Of a stretch of 64,000 nt of DNA, positions 50,001 to 63,901 are shown one piece after another. Position 1 is the first letter of the stretch, and every line of letters starts with the position of its first letter. Below the pieces are notes generated by a model. It had not been told where the DNA came from and ran no database searches. It was given only the letters and a program-made list of their open reading frames with translations. The translations under genes and the position numbers were made by a program. The DNA comes from Balanoglossus misakiensis. Lineage: Eukaryota; Animalia; Hemichordata. The DNA is taken from positions 9,847,625 through 9,911,624 of the forward strand of contig CM082579.2 in assembly GCA_040954595.2 (NCBI GenBank), in the 5' to 3' direction.

Positions 50001-53000
50001 TCAATGACACTATAAATCGTTTACCCAAAAAAACACAAGCTCCGCAGCCAAGGGATGGGGCAGTGTTGAAGGCTTCTTGAGTGACGATGCGGGCGAAAAA
50101 TCATACAAGTTCATGACCGAGTTGTACCTTCATCATAGCAAAGTTTCACCAAAGTGAATAGACTCTCCGTGTCGTCTTCGCCGTACTCGTCCAAATGGAA
50201 TTGAATAGCTTCGCCGAGCTTCTCTCGTGCTGCGTCATATTGGCCAATATCCGATAAAAACCGACTGACTAACTTGTTTATCTTCATATTAACGTTCTCT
50301 CTTCCTTTCCTTTCTTCCGCTGACTGTAAAGTGGGAAATATATTAATTGGAAGAAGTTCACAGTGCATGAAATTAAAACAATGTTATTCCTCCAAACCTT
50401 TCATTCTCAATTCTTTACTTTTACAAGTGTACGAGTAGTCGCTTATGAAAACAAGAAAACAGGTTAACAGAGATTGTCCGGCGGCCAAATCTAATTCTGT
50501 CAGTAACAAATACAAATTATACCTCATTTTGCACGACTTTGCTCATTTCCTGTTTGATCTTCTCCCCGTAGAGTTTAGCTGCCAAGTCGTATCCGCCAAC
50601 AAGTCTCCAGTATCTCATCAGTTCGATCTTGGTCTCTTCTTTGTACATGGCTTCGAACATCGGCCATTCCAAGAGACACTCCTGTAGTCTGCTCATGTCA
50701 TCTATGGTGTCTAGGTGATACGGCAGTTCCTCTGCACGTCTCTCGATGTCCGAACTGAAAGTGAAAGATTTACTATGTTTTGTCTCAGCGCATGCGCATA
50801 CCCCTATGTAAATACCACCAGGTAGACAAACTTTAAACGATACTGGACATGGATTGCAAAAATGTATCACCCAAACTGAAATGAACTAATATTAAATATA
50901 AAATTTTAGGGAGGCACTTTAGTATGATTTCACAACATCGTGTTTCGATGGTGGTACTTTCAAGAACCCTGTTCCAAATTGGGACAATTGTAATACGCAG
51001 AAAAACCCCAGTGACGCCAAATGACGGAAAATAGCCTATTGTGAAATGAGTAAGTAGCCGGCCAATCTGATCAAAATCAGATGTAGTGTGAGGTACTGAG
51101 GCGACAGCATAAAAAAACCGTACCGCGTAAGTAAAAGACGTCGCCGTTTCCTACATCTGATTTCAATCAGATTGGTAGCCGACAAGAAGCGCTAAAAGAC
51201 TAAAATCAACAGATTTGAAGACTCGTTTACGAGAATTTCAACAACAAAAGACAACGCTAGCACAGTCTTGAACGCCGCGCTCTTAGCGATTCTCTAAAAG
51301 CGTCAGCTCGTCATCGTTCTATATAAGCACTCACCTTTGTTGAAAGTAGTCAGCAAGTCTCGTATGCCACCATTTTTTCCGTTCCTGTGACCCGCCATCC
51401 ATATAAACATTTCTGACAGCTTTGCTGATCGATCGATGATAGAAATCTAATCGTCCTTCGCCAGAACTTCCGCACGGTCGCAAGAACCTCTTCAGACCGA
51501 TGTACACCAAGGCCCACTGGCGATCGGGTAAGAGCAGAAAAAAATAACACCGTTTAACTGTTTATATAAGACACAAAACCAATGGATATAAATCCACATA
51601 TATCCCTTTGTTTTGGTTACCAATATCAGCGCCAACTGTGACGGGGATTACATTGCTAAGAATCTTGCGATATCCAGCAAGATTCATTAAACGTTTGTCT
51701 TGAAACCCCAGAAAAGTTCTGTTTCTGCCCCCTTTTGTACATTTTTCAAGATATGTGCAGATGTGAACGTTGTGCTTGATGTGTATCCTGTAGGCGTATA
51801 CTGTCCTTCATTTCGACATGTTCTCGTATTTAAATTGGATTCTACATACACTTTAAAGAAATAAAATATCTTATGAACGAAGTTTCGTGGGTTTGTCATG
51901 CTAATTGGTCAAATGAATGCTCGTAAAGTTTGGTATTGGCGACTGTGACAAATTCCTCGTAAAAATGACAGAAATCAGTCAGGTTTTCCGTTCCTCCCTG
52001 ACCCTGTGCACGCTGGCCGCCTTCTTTCATGACATGTGCGCATCCGCGTATAGACAGCGATGTACTTGTGCCAGAGATCAAGAATGCCACGCACAAGAAG
52101 TAACTCCAGGGGAAGCAATATACCAACCTCGGCCATAGGGACTTTCTCGCCGGGAACAACATCACACTTCTCGTAGGCTGCGTCCGTCGTCTCAGGTACC
52201 ATTGGCTTGATGGCCAGTAGCTCCAGAAGTTCGTTCTCCAACAAACCGTGCTTTGAACATTCCAACAGACACAGCGTTGCCCTGACTAAATCTCCTCCGT
52301 TTTCGTCCGCCACTCGTTCAATCATCTGTTCAATAAAGCGAAATGCAAAGCGTCAGCTCTGTAATGAAAACGGATGTAATATTTGTAGTTTTGTGACATT
52401 AACGTTAAGCTTCTCGCGGAAAAAGTTGGTAAAGTATTATTACACCTCACGCTGTATTCCGTACTCTTTATTGGCCGAGACCGTGCCACGTGACGTAGAA
52501 AAAACGTGATATTACATGGCTGACGGAGTCTGTGGCCCGTAGGTAGGGGATATAGCCCGCTGGGGACAGGTTCTGCGCATCTTTTCTGCTCATTACATAC
52601 AGTCATTAAATAATAGTTGAGCTTAAATCCATGTGAATATGTCACTCCACGGCCGCAGGATTTAAATTTTTCCAGTAACAACCCTTTTGGGTAGCATAAT
52701 TTCGAATTTCTCTATGTATTAAACGCACTTTTTTTCTTTAACGCCTTTCAATGCCGAGTCTGCTTGAGGGTGACACTATCTGTCCTTCGCTCCAAACATA
52801 AATTTGAGGACCCAACGAATGTATAGAAATTGGATACGATGAACTGGAACGCCACTGAGAGATCAGTCCGGATTAGCGAAATGGTGACGCATGTAGTTAG
52901 CATTGCAGATATCTTTCTCTCTCTCTCTCTCTCTGCTCGACAAGCCACTCAGATGTAAGGAGTAGCGATTCGTTGATAGCAAGTAATGCACATCTTTCCG

Positions 53001-56000
53001 TCCAGTATGAACGTTACCTGTTGCAGAATACCAGGCAGATCGTCGGCCAGTGATTCGATCTTCGACGTCAGTCTATCAAAATCGCCGTACAGTCGAAGCT
53101 CTTCACACGCCGTGGACAACCACAAGGGATTCCCGGACTCCTGCTTGCCCACCAGTTTCACCATCTGCTCCCGGTCGAGTTTCTTGTTGTACTCCGCCAG
53201 TATCTTGGCAACAATCTCGCCCCTGATCCCAGCTGGCAGGGGGTCGACGGCCACTTCTATAGGCTTTTTGTCACGTGACCTCAGCGTATACAGGAACGGT
53301 CCATCCAGTGTACTGACAACGACGCGTATGTTGTTGTTCAGTTCATCCGGTAACCATCGCATTTTAAAAGATTCTCCTGAAATGTTATATTGAACATTAA
53401 CTTGTTTATATTTAAATATCCAGCCACAATCGATCAGAGGTTGATAAAGTATGTTTAGGTATACCCCATGTAAATGGATCACTCTACATGTAAGTGTGAA
53501 AGTAAAATTATTAAACTAATCCAAAAATTGGCAGCTATTGGGGGCTTTAAGGCAAGAAAATCGTATCAAACACATACAGTGCCATGGCCACTAGGTGGCG
53601 CCCGGCTCAATAACAACATTTTTACTCCTTACCGTCATTGTCCATTTGATTGACTGCATCGATGAACAAAACCACCTTCTGACCGGAGCTGGCTTTGCTG
53701 TACACGTTCGTCATACTTCGGATGAGTTCGTCTAAATCGACGGGGACGGGGTCCGAACGCGGCATCAATTCAACCCAAATACGAGACAGCAATCGATGCA
53801 GGTTTGTTGAGCCCGGCGTGGCACCGACGAAATGATAGAACACCTGGGATCGGGGAAAGAAATACCAGTTAACTCATAAAAAACATCGAGCATGCGTTCT
53901 CCATTTGATAGACTGGAGATATCTCTATTTGCTATTTTCATGGCCCTTACACGACCGCATGCATCACAGAGACACGTGACTGGTAGAGGCACTCACCTTA
54001 TACATTGACATCTGTACATACTTCTGTGCCATGTATGCAACGATGGCACTTTTACCAGCTCCGGGATTGCCAATCAGGACCAGAGGCACGTCTGACGCTG
54101 ACGTCTCGATGTAATTGGTGATCGCTGTCACTTGATCATCACGACCGAGTAAAACCTGTGCACCGTGCAAAGTTATATATTAAAAATAATTGAAAACTGA
54201 AGGAGAATACCAGTTTCCAATGTAAGTGTCTAAACAAAGAAGACTGGCCATGTATATATGTGTATCTGTGAAAACATGCCTGGTTCCAAATGTGCATCTT
54301 CGAAAGCCAATCAACCGGTGAAATTATTGAGATAAAAAAGTACCAATTTGTGCGATGGTCGTCGGCAGTACCAACTTCACGGAGACCATACAATATATGG
54401 CGCAACCCATCCTACCTGAGACCGACTCGCCATGAATATCTCGTGTTCTGCTTTCATGACTTCGGTCGCATCTTCGGCGTCGTGGATTTTATCGCTGGGA
54501 TACTGTCGTGCAAGTGCGTCTTTAAAATGCTCCAAGACCTGCTCTCCGAAATCTGTTAGACCTGGTGTGAGAGAGAAATGATAACCATTGATGGATGGAT
54601 GGATGGATGGATGGATGGCATACAGACTGCCTTCAGGTCAGAAAATATTTTATTAGCTGCGTTGTCAAAGAAGAACCTGAGAAGAGAAATGGGACCCTTT
54701 GGTTTTCTTAAGGAAATTGTGAGGAACATTGTTCACTGTTTTCAACTAAATCGATTGACGTTCAATCTTTGTGTTTGACTGTGTTATCACATCAGCCTGT
54801 GGAGGGATTTGTGATTTGAGTAAAAACTAACAGGGGTCGTGTATGCTTATGGAAAATGTTCATCAAATTTTAACTCGGGAAGATGAGAACATTGGATCAA
54901 AGGAAATGATCGTATTCGGTTCTTGTTGACACGGTGCCAACGGCTAACGCCAATAAAAATGTCGTACACTCGGTCATTGCCACAGCATAATTAAGTTTTC
55001 ATACCGTCCAATCTGACTTTTCCGTCGTCACCAACTCCTTCCATTTTGCATTTGTACTCCTTAGTTCTGTCGGGAAACGCGTCCCTGATCATCTTTTTCA
55101 TTTCGGAAATAGATTTCTTAGAGTGGTCATTCTCGTCCACGAACATCGTTCGAATGTTGCTGTCCTGCATGTCGTGGAGGAACGATGGATGTCTGAAGAA
55201 AAATATGGCCTACAAGGAAATGACAATTCGACACAGTCATGTTTAAAACTTACCGAAGTATGTGTCTCTTGTGTTTCACTAGTACTGAGGACAGAAAATT
55301 GTTGCACCGTACATGTACTTGCGACCAGGCCACGTACGTCACGGCTTCCGTTGATTGAATGGTCAGTGAAAGCGGAGTCACGTGGTGCTAGTACATGTAC
55401 TACCGGCCGACACGTTGCTCTCCCTCACTCCCTCCCTCCCTCTCCTTCTTTCTCTCGCCCTCACTCCTCCCCTTCACCGATTTTAACACGTTACTTGATC
55501 GCAGACAGCACCCAAATAGCGACCGCTCGCGCTAGGTACCACAGGAAAAAATCCTTCCCGTAGAAGGGGGGGGGGGGGACACGATAATCATGTAACGAGA
55601 GCCTAGTACTCACGTTAGGGTTGTTTTCCCTGTACGCTCCATGCTGGATCTCCATACCTGTGATAGACATGCCAGCCAACCAGTTATATCTGCAAAGTGG
55701 AGATAGTCCGTGTTGATATGTGCACCAGTGAATAAAGAAGTCTTACAGTTTTTTTGCCACTGTTGTTTTACAAAAATCGGGGCGGCGACGAAGCTAATTT
55801 TTGTCTACTAATTTTATAGGGTAGACGACAAAGCACGCTAGTTTGAAATCATTAATATCACCCAGTCAATCTAAAAAATCAGCACAAAAGGGTCGACGTG
55901 GGCCGTGTTTATTAAAATTACGCGCTCGTGGACATGATTTTTGTTGTATACCAAAAACATATGTCCGAAGTATTCTCATCTTATACCAATGTACAGGGCT

Positions 56001-58512
56001 AGCGTGCGGCCGTTGTAAAAATAGTAATTTAACTTTTTTTTCGTGAGTAGGCCTAATACTGTGACGTGATAGCCCATCAATAAAATAATACACAAACCAA
56101 TGTCAAAAGCAACAGACCTTTAAGTTGAGAACAATGTAAATACAGATGCCCATAAACTTTAAAAATAGTTTTCTCTAACATGTGCCAACATTGAAAGAAT
56201 TCTCAATGCATTTACCTCAATCTGATATCTTCGGGTACTTCGTTTATGGCGGGAACCCAGCCGTATCGTTCCGACAGTAAATTGATGAAATATGGACACT
56301 CATTTTCCTCTTTGCATCTGACAGTAAGTTGACAATAACGAATTGGTGAAGAGAAGAATGAAACTAACCATTGTGTATGTAGGCATACACACATACAGTG
56401 TACATAGTAACATACATACATACATACATACATACATACATACATACATACATACATACATACATACATACATACATACATACATACATACATACATACA
56501 TACATACATACATACATACATACATACATACATACATACATACATACATACATACATACATACATACATGTACATACATACATACATACATACATACATA
56601 CATACATACATACGTACATATATATACATCATTGTTACAATTCAAATTAAAAGATAAGTTTCTGTCAAATGCGACAACAAATAAGGCTGCATTCACAAAC
56701 ACCTCAGGAGGGGGGGGGCGGGAGAATTGAGGGGGGATTTGAAAATATTGAGGGTATGTAAGGGGGGATTTGAAATAATTTAGGGACTGAAAGGGGGGGG
56801 GACTTGAAAACTTTGATGACTTAATATCTATTTTGAGTCCACAAAAATGCAGTTTCGCGCCCTTTATTTTACAAAATTTTCTAATGTAGGAGGGGGACAC
56901 CCCCTCCCACACCCACCCCCTCCATTCATCAACACCTTTCAATCATTGACTGGTTTATCTAGTGTCCCAGGTCAAGGGACTTGCCCCCACACCATGATAA
57001 CTTTGAGCGGCGATGGTTAAATTTGTCCTCCCCATCATACCGGTAGTTGAGTTAATTTGCTTTTGCCGGGTTCATTAAAATGCAGCTTTGAGCTCTGTAT
57101 TTTATAAAAATTTCTTACGTGGGAGGGGGACACCCCCTTCAATTCTCGGTTTACAATGTCTCCCAACACAGAATACAAATACTTACAAAATAAAAACAAT
57201 GTTCAGTTTTTATACCCACTGATGAGGGGAAACATCAGTTTCATTTTTTTTTCATGGGAGCGCTGTTTTTCTTTTTTACAAGATAGATAGGTGATGTGTT
57301 TTGCTCTGTGAAAGAAAATGGGGGGGGGGGGGGGATTTCAAAATTTTGCCAGTTCGGAAGGGGGATTTGAAAATATTTCGGGTTGTGTAGGGGGGCATGT
57401 GAAAATTAGCGGTAAAAAATTGAATTCTCCCCCCCCCCCACTCCAGAGGTGTTTGTGAATGCAGCCTAAGCAAGACACACTACCTGTCAATCTCAGAGAA
57501 ACAAGTCTGTATCGTGGCTGCAGTGGTGGAATCTTTCGGTATTCCCCAGCGGAGATCACACTCAACCAGTCTCAATTTCCGCGGCTCACACCATTCACGT
57601 AGTTTGGGGAAAACTCTCTTCACCAGGTGTTCTCTCTCGGCATGCATATCGCTGAACGTACTGCTGACGAATAGCCGAACAGTCTTCCAGCCACGTCTCT
57701 GCAAGTGTCATTATGTGGACATGTCATAATCGCATTTTTTTTCTCATCTTGTTTTCCAGTCGCATAACGTTTGTGCATTATGGCCGACACTGCGTTCTTT
57801 ACCAAGGAAACTTACGTCATCAACACAATAACAAATTGCATAACTCATGTTATGTAATTCTGTGAGAGTGGTATAGATCACACCGGCATTGCGAGTGATT
57901 GAACTAAATGAAACGTCCACATACGGACCACATTGCCGCCCATATTCGAAATTTGTCGCACAAAAGGATTATAAACAGAGGCTCCTTTTCAGTCGTTAAG
58001 ACCACTCTTCATAGCCAAGAAGCTAAGAAGAAAATAACCACTATCATTACAGTTGATATCATCGGACGACTGTGGGTTGTAGTCAGAGGGGCCTAGCCAA
58101 CTGTCACGAGTGTTGTTTGTACAGGCCTGTATGGAGGTATACAGGTGCTTCATACAAAGCTATGTTCATAATAGGCCATGGACATAAGATTACCGTCCTC
58201 CCAATATCCACATACATTATTAAATCTGTCAAAATTTATTTTGTACGGATTCAGGTTGAGGAAGACCTCACTGCAGTTACAGTAGACTCAACGTCTTGTA
58301 TTAGCCCCTTGGCCTATAATACCGAATAAACATTATTATTATAAGCAACGTGCCGTCGAAACTGGGCACGTGTAGAATAAAAAATGACAGCTTACCTCGG
58401 TGAAGACTTTCGCAACCTTCTCCTTCCCCTTCTTGACGCGGTATTTTATCGAGTGGCACCACCATTCATCGTTCTTGGCGGACGAGTCGGAGCCCGAACA
58501 GCCATTCCCCAT
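47091..58512 (-). CDS. DUF4062 + NACHT/STAND NTPase + TPR protein (TEP1/NPHP3/NWD-like architecture)
   Basis: Exons 58512-58396 (MGNGCS..), possible micro-exon 58313-58272, about 57698-57484 (VRLFVSSTFSDMHAERE..DLRWG), about 56317-56216, 55690-55614, 55210-55005, 54561-54416, 54155-53997 (Walker A GNPGAGKS), 53843-53632 (Walker B VVLFIDAVNQ), 53376-53018 (GNPLWL..EELR), 52325-52128, about 51440-51335, 50754-50524 (EELPYHL), 50323-50128, 49649-49568, 48988-48803 and 47437-47091 (TPR-like LGPLHPTV). Confidence 0.85.
47462..47798 (+). mobile_element. 5'-truncated LINE (L2/CR1-group) 3' end in the last intron of the STAND gene
   Basis: Degenerate ORF2 C-terminus (YRAIHGL.P.Y...YTPSRSLRS...GGRAFSYAAPKFWNSLP..IR...KTHLF), a short 3' UTR and a (GATT)n tail. 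Confidence 0.8.
48499..48672. mobile_element. Kolobok-type MITE (174 bp)
   Basis: Perfect 16-bp TIR AGGTATACGGTCACCT, flanked by TTAA at 48495-48498 and 48673-48676. Confidence 0.8.
49687..49893. repeat. (ATGT)n/(CTGT)n microsatellite, intronic
   Basis: Seen directly in the sequence. Confidence 0.97.
51061..51175. mobile_element. 115-bp foldback MITE
   Basis: About 25-bp inverted termini CCAATCTGAT(CA/TG)AAATCAGATGTAG, with direct repeat TAGCCG on both flanks. Confidence 0.65.
56411..56614. repeat. (CATA)n microsatellite, intronic
   Basis: Seen directly in the sequence. Confidence 0.97.
56685..57466. mobile_element. PIF/Harbinger-type non-autonomous element (782 bp)
   Basis: Perfect 21-bp TIR GGCTGCATTCACAAACACCTC, 3-bp TAA on both sides, and G-run-rich subterminal repeats (GGGGGATTTGAAA). 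Confidence 0.8.
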
Positions 58513-59631
58513 TACTGCTAGATCTATATACTTTCGCCTACCTATCTACTGATCCGACCACGCCTGCATGCAAAAGCCGACTCACTCACGGTAGGTGCGC
58601 GCCTGGCCAAGTTGTCGTTCCGACGAATATTAACAACCAACACTACACCGACAATTCAGGCGTTGACGGGGGAAAACAGGTTTCATGCATGTCCACTGTC
58701 AATGGTGGGCATAGCTGACGCACACAACGTTTTCATAATCCATGACTTGTTTATACCGTCGGTTTGTGCAACGTTGGCGTTCACTTCCGTCGTGCCACAG
58801 TTGACCTGGTTACCCTTGACGACGGCTAGTGTTTATTACACCTGATTATAATATGACCTCCGAACACTCAGTGACAAGAAAGGCCGTGTAGTGTAGTGGG
58901 TGTATTGAAATCACGCACAGACAAAAAAGCATGGCCCAGTTAATTAACTATGTATTGTTTGGGTTTCGGAGCTCTCCGCTACAGTAGGCGCCTGGGAGTG
59001 TGAACTATATTCACCTGTTTGTCAACAGTCCTTTTCAAAACTAGAGAATAACCTTTTATATATTCTTCCTTTCGCTTTCTCGTTATTATAACGCTTCATT
59101 AAATTTCGACGTCCGAGAAAACGTCCTTCCTACACAGTACAGTAATTATATGCATGATAAAATGCGCCCTCTTTTGGTGAACTATTCCTTCCGCTATATT
59201 ACCGATATAGTTTAAAAAGTATGTGCTGTTCAGATTACATGGTTTTCAAAAAAATGGTAGGTAGGTAGGGAAGTTTTTTTTTTTTTTTGCATTCTTAATA
59301 TCTTCGGCCCCGTAGTGTACAAGAATGACCTCATAGTTCTTGCGTGATTCTCGCAATTTTCATAAATGTTGTATATTTGATATCGTTATTTTTTACTTCC
59401 GGTTTACGAAGCTCTAAAAAGGTTTGGGTCGGCGGGCTAAAATCCATTGAAAATTTCAGTGTGTATTGTGCCATTGAAGAATACTAGAGAATACTATAGA
59501 GAATAACTTATTTACTTCTGAAATCATATCAATTGACAGTCGAAAATATATACACCACGAAAATTAACATGCGAAGAAGAAAAAGAACACTGTTGATTTA
59601 ACTCCAACAACAAAATAACAACAAAATAAAT

Positions 59632-62600
59632 TTAAGTGGTTTGATGATTGAGATATTTCTTCCTAATCGTACGTCTGACTCCACAATCATAACAGTCGGT
59701 TCCATAATTGCAGTCATCGTATTCTGAACCTGGTCCACCATCGTCACATTCGCCATCTCCTTTGTATCGGCATGTGTTCTTACACAATCCGTTGTCTGCA
59801 GAAAGATCAGAAGAGAAATGAGTACTAGTACCAAATTATTTTACATCTGGGGTGAATTCTTTCAAACTCATAGTACTGACTAACCAACCAACAAACCAAT
59901 CACCCATCCAACTAAAACAAAACCGAATGAGTCATTATCGACAAATTTTAATGTTCAAGCATTTCTTCCACTTTGCATAATCTTGTAATGTAGATGACAA
60001 TGATAGTTGTCAAAAGATTGTAACTATAGGGTACCAAGTATATACTGATTAACTGCCAATGTAGTGAATAATTTTCGCGTCAAGACGATCTTCCGATCTT
60101 GCATGAACTCACCTGTAATTGGCGCTTTTCGGGCCCCACAATCAGAACAGTCTGTTCCAAAGTCGCAATAAGCGTACTGAGAACCCGGTCCACCATCGTC
60201 ACATTCACCATCTCTGGGGTAGCGGCATGTGTTCTTACACAATCCGTCTGCAGAAAGACCAGAAGAGAAATGAGTACTGGTGTATCGTAGAACATCGATA
60301 TCGTATGTCTTGCAAGATGCACATGTAATTTTTGCCGAATTTGTTTAATGCTGACAGTTCTCCATGATTCTATCAGCAGTCGCCCAAGACTTCTTTGTCT
60401 GAATTAGGCCAGCACAGGCAATGTCACAGCAAAGCACCAAATTAATGGCGGGACATGGAGCGCCGAAGAAACGCCATGGAAGCGCCATACATACCGAAAC
60501 AACTACGCACAGTTATACAGTTCGCGAAACAATGGCTAGAATGACACAAAGTGGGTGTCGACGGTAACCAAAAAGAAGAAAAATACATGTAACTTCCGAT
60601 GAAAAGTTACAAAACAGTGTCCATACAACTAAGTGCTAACTGTTCAGCGTAAAAAAAGTCCCAAACCATGTGCATGTACTTGCTGCATGAAATGGATACG
60701 GGCGCCTAGAATTTACCAAAGAGGGAAGTTCTGAGGTCTGACTTGAACTGTTTGAACGTTTCTGCTTTCCTCGATCCTACTGTAGTAAATAATTTTCACG
60801 TCAAGACGATCTTCCGATCTTGCACAAACTCACCTGTAATTGGCGGTATTCGGGCCCCACAATCAGAACAGTCTTTTCCATAATCGCACGCCTCGTATTT
60901 TGCACCAGGTCCACCATCGTCACATTCGCCATCTCTTTGGTATTGGCATGTGTCTTCGCATAGTTCTGATGCATAAAGATGAGAAGAGAAATGAGTACTG
61001 GTGTATCGGAGAACATCGGTATCATATGTCTTGCAAGATGCACATGTAATTTTTGCCGAATTTGTTTGTTACTGAAAGCTCTCCATGATTCTATCAGCAG
61101 TCGCCCAAGACTTCTTTGTCTGAATTAGCGACGCAGGCACAGGCCAGCACAGGCAATGGTCACAGCAAAGCACCAATGGCGGGACATGGAGCGCCGAAGA
61201 AACGCCATGGAAGCGCCAGACACGCCGAAACAACTAAATAATTTTCACGTCAAGACGATCTTCCGATCTTGCACAAACTCACCTGTAATTGGCACTTTTC
61301 GAGCCCCACAATCAGTACAGTCTTTTCCATAATCGCACGCATCGTATATTGAACCAGGTCCACCATCGTCACATCCGCCATCTCCTTGGTATTGGCATGT
61401 GTCTTCGCATAGGTCTGAAAGAGAGAGGGAGGGGGAGAGAGGAAGACGGCGAGAGAGAGAGACAGAATAATACAACTTTGCTGATATCGACATCGTTATA
61501 TTTCTAACTATCACAAGATATTCTAAGCATTACAGCCTCAGTTGACGTACCCATATTGCCCTTTCAGAGCAGACTGAAAAGCAGATATGCCCATATTCAT
61601 CAGCTCAAATCCGTGGCTTTTAATATTGCAATATCTGCACAGATGTGTTGATCAACACTGTGAAATTCTTGTTCGACTGGGAACCCTTCCAACTGTCAGA
61701 GCAGCGAAAAGTTGGCGCAGTATTTTGTCACCGTCAAAGTTGGTATTTTACCCTGTGTTTCCAATGAAAGTTACCTTCTACAGACAATTGGTATATCATT
61801 TGCCTCAGAAACATTCATGCAAACTTACCAAGAGGGGGAAGAGTAGGAGGAGGTGGAGCCCAAGTTGGGGAGATGTACAGAAGTTTGTTCGGTGTTGACC
61901 AACGATAGCTGTTAGGTACTCGGGACAGGTCGATTTTGTTTGACTGAGCAGCATTCAACAACTCATTTTTCATCTGATCCTGGTTTATAGACGAGTTCTC
62001 TTCTAGTATCAAAGCCGCAACACCTTAGAAAATAGGAAGCAATATGTTACATGTTACAATTAGTGTGGGTTCATTTTAGCGTCATTTGCATACAGTGGTA
62101 TGCATACAGTGGTGTGCAAATAGAGCCGTCAGCATATGTAAGAAATATTAGCTTGGCCAACAAAAGCGCTAGAAAACATTCCAAAGAAGTTATATTAAAA
62201 TCACTGTTTTGCAGGTATGTGTTATCCTCAGGCGTCCAGTCATGTCCAGAGTGAAGCACCTTGGGATATATGTCACAGACCAATCGAAATCACCCATACA
62301 CGCATGCGTTATACCAGTCCAACTACATGTACAAGCCTAGAGTGACCGAGGGGACTCTTACCAGCGACGTGGGGCGCTGCCATGGAGGTTCCGCTCATTG
62401 TGTAGTAGTTGGAGTCTCCAGTGTGATACGCACTGTAGACGTCAGATCCAGGTGCCAGGATGTCGACGCAGCTGCCGTAATTGGAGTAAGAGGCTAGGCC
62501 ATCACTTGACGTGGTAGCTCCCACCGTAATTGCCTGCAATTACAGCGAAAGATATTGTAATATCAAATAAGTTTCTACAACACAAGAGTTTCTTTGTAAG

Positions 62601-63901
62601 AAATCATTTAAAGTAGCATGCGCCTCCAAAATCAACGTTTGAAACTTTTCCCCTGTTTTGCTCAAGGTATAATTATTCTGTCTAGTTTCTTCTAACAATA
62701 TATCCCGAGGGGCATACTGCCTTGATCATTTCATCCCCATTTCCCTCTTAACAGATCGTAGAAAAAATGTAGACCAAACACTGCCGTGCAAAAATAGAAT
62801 CCTGCATACCTTAGGAGCAGACGCGGGAGAAACATTACACGCATCCTGAGCTTCGTTTCCAGCGGCAACAACGATGATGTATCCGGCATCAGATAAGCGT
62901 TGGACTGCATAGTTCATTGATGAGGAAAAGCCACCACCTAAAGACATGGAAACCACCGCTGGTTTCATATTGGCGCCAGCGACTGCGTCCATAGCTGTGT
63001 GAACATACAAGTAAGATTAAAGTTAGCACCTACCGAAAATAAGCAGTAATTTCAGCTTTAATAAACGGTCTGTCAAATGCAAAATGAAAATGTGTGTACA
63101 ACACGAAAAAACAGCGCGGGAACGCTGCAGCTTGTCGGAGCTTGGCCTTTAACAAGCTGTTCACGGGGCTTTAATAAGATGCTGTCGCCAACCGAGCTTA
63201 CCTGCCACAATGCCACTGGTTGACCCAGAACCCCCACAATCCAGAACACGACACGAGTATAAAGTTACACCAGGTGCAACACCAACAGTTCTTCCACCAA
63301 TGGTTCCAGCGCAGTGAGTGCCGTGTCCCTGACAGTCAGCTCCCTGTGAAATGTTAATGATCATGCATGGGAAAATGATAAGGCATACATGCAAGACTTT
63401 ATGATATCAACTTGAATGCGAAGTGCAAAATTTATACCGAAGACCGCTTTACTATGTAAGATTACAGTAAGAAAAGAAAGTGACATTCTTTTTTTCTGGA
63501 ATATGTCGCCTGATACGTGCCGATTTGTCCATACACAAACGCATGGTGGTGAGGTTAGGCTTTATGGTCGCATCGGATCTGACTATGCTACCTAAACTCC
63601 AATCCAAGTAACAGAAGTAATTTATTTGATTGCGAGTTTTGGGTACAGAAATAAATAATAGTGTGTGTAGACAAAAATATCATGAACATTATGAAAGGAC
63701 TGCAATCGACTGACAGAAATGAATATTTTCGTTTAATACATGCTATTTTTCAGTACGACGCTCGGCAAATTATCATTAGGTTACTTACATTTTTGCCATC
63801 TGAGAATGCATCGTAAAATGTACGTGCTCTTCCACCAAACTCATTGTGTGTGAAATGGATGCCAGTGTCCATTACGAAGACGTTAACGCCACTGCCATCG
63901 C
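59632..63901 (-). CDS. Third S8A subtilisin-like protease (5' end outside the window) with a Pro-rich linker and four six-Cys DGxCDDGG modules
   Basis: Exons 63901-63789 (VMDTG), 63343-63202 (HGTHCAG), 62994-62810 (AAGN), 62533-62362 ([11 protein letters not shown]), 62023-61829 (..[11 protein letters not shown]), 61414-61283, 60965-60834, 60247-60113, 59795-59632. Intron positions in the protease core match copies 1 and 2. Confidence 0.9.
60061..61414 (-). repeat. Tandem exon-plus-intron duplications generating the Cys-module array
   Basis: Intron segments 60250-60506 and 60968-61235 are alignable. AATAATTTTC(G/A)CGTCAAGACGATCTTCCGATCTTGCA recurs beside three exons. Confidence 0.85.
62608..62725. 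mobile_element. Degenerate TTAA-type MITE; a related inverted fragment lies at about 2487-2560
   Basis: TTAAAGTAGCATGCGCCTC...GAGGGGCATACTGCCTTGA forms imperfect TIRs. The 5' part resembles the reverse complement of 2487-2560 (..TTTTGCTCAAG..). Confidence 0.45.
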
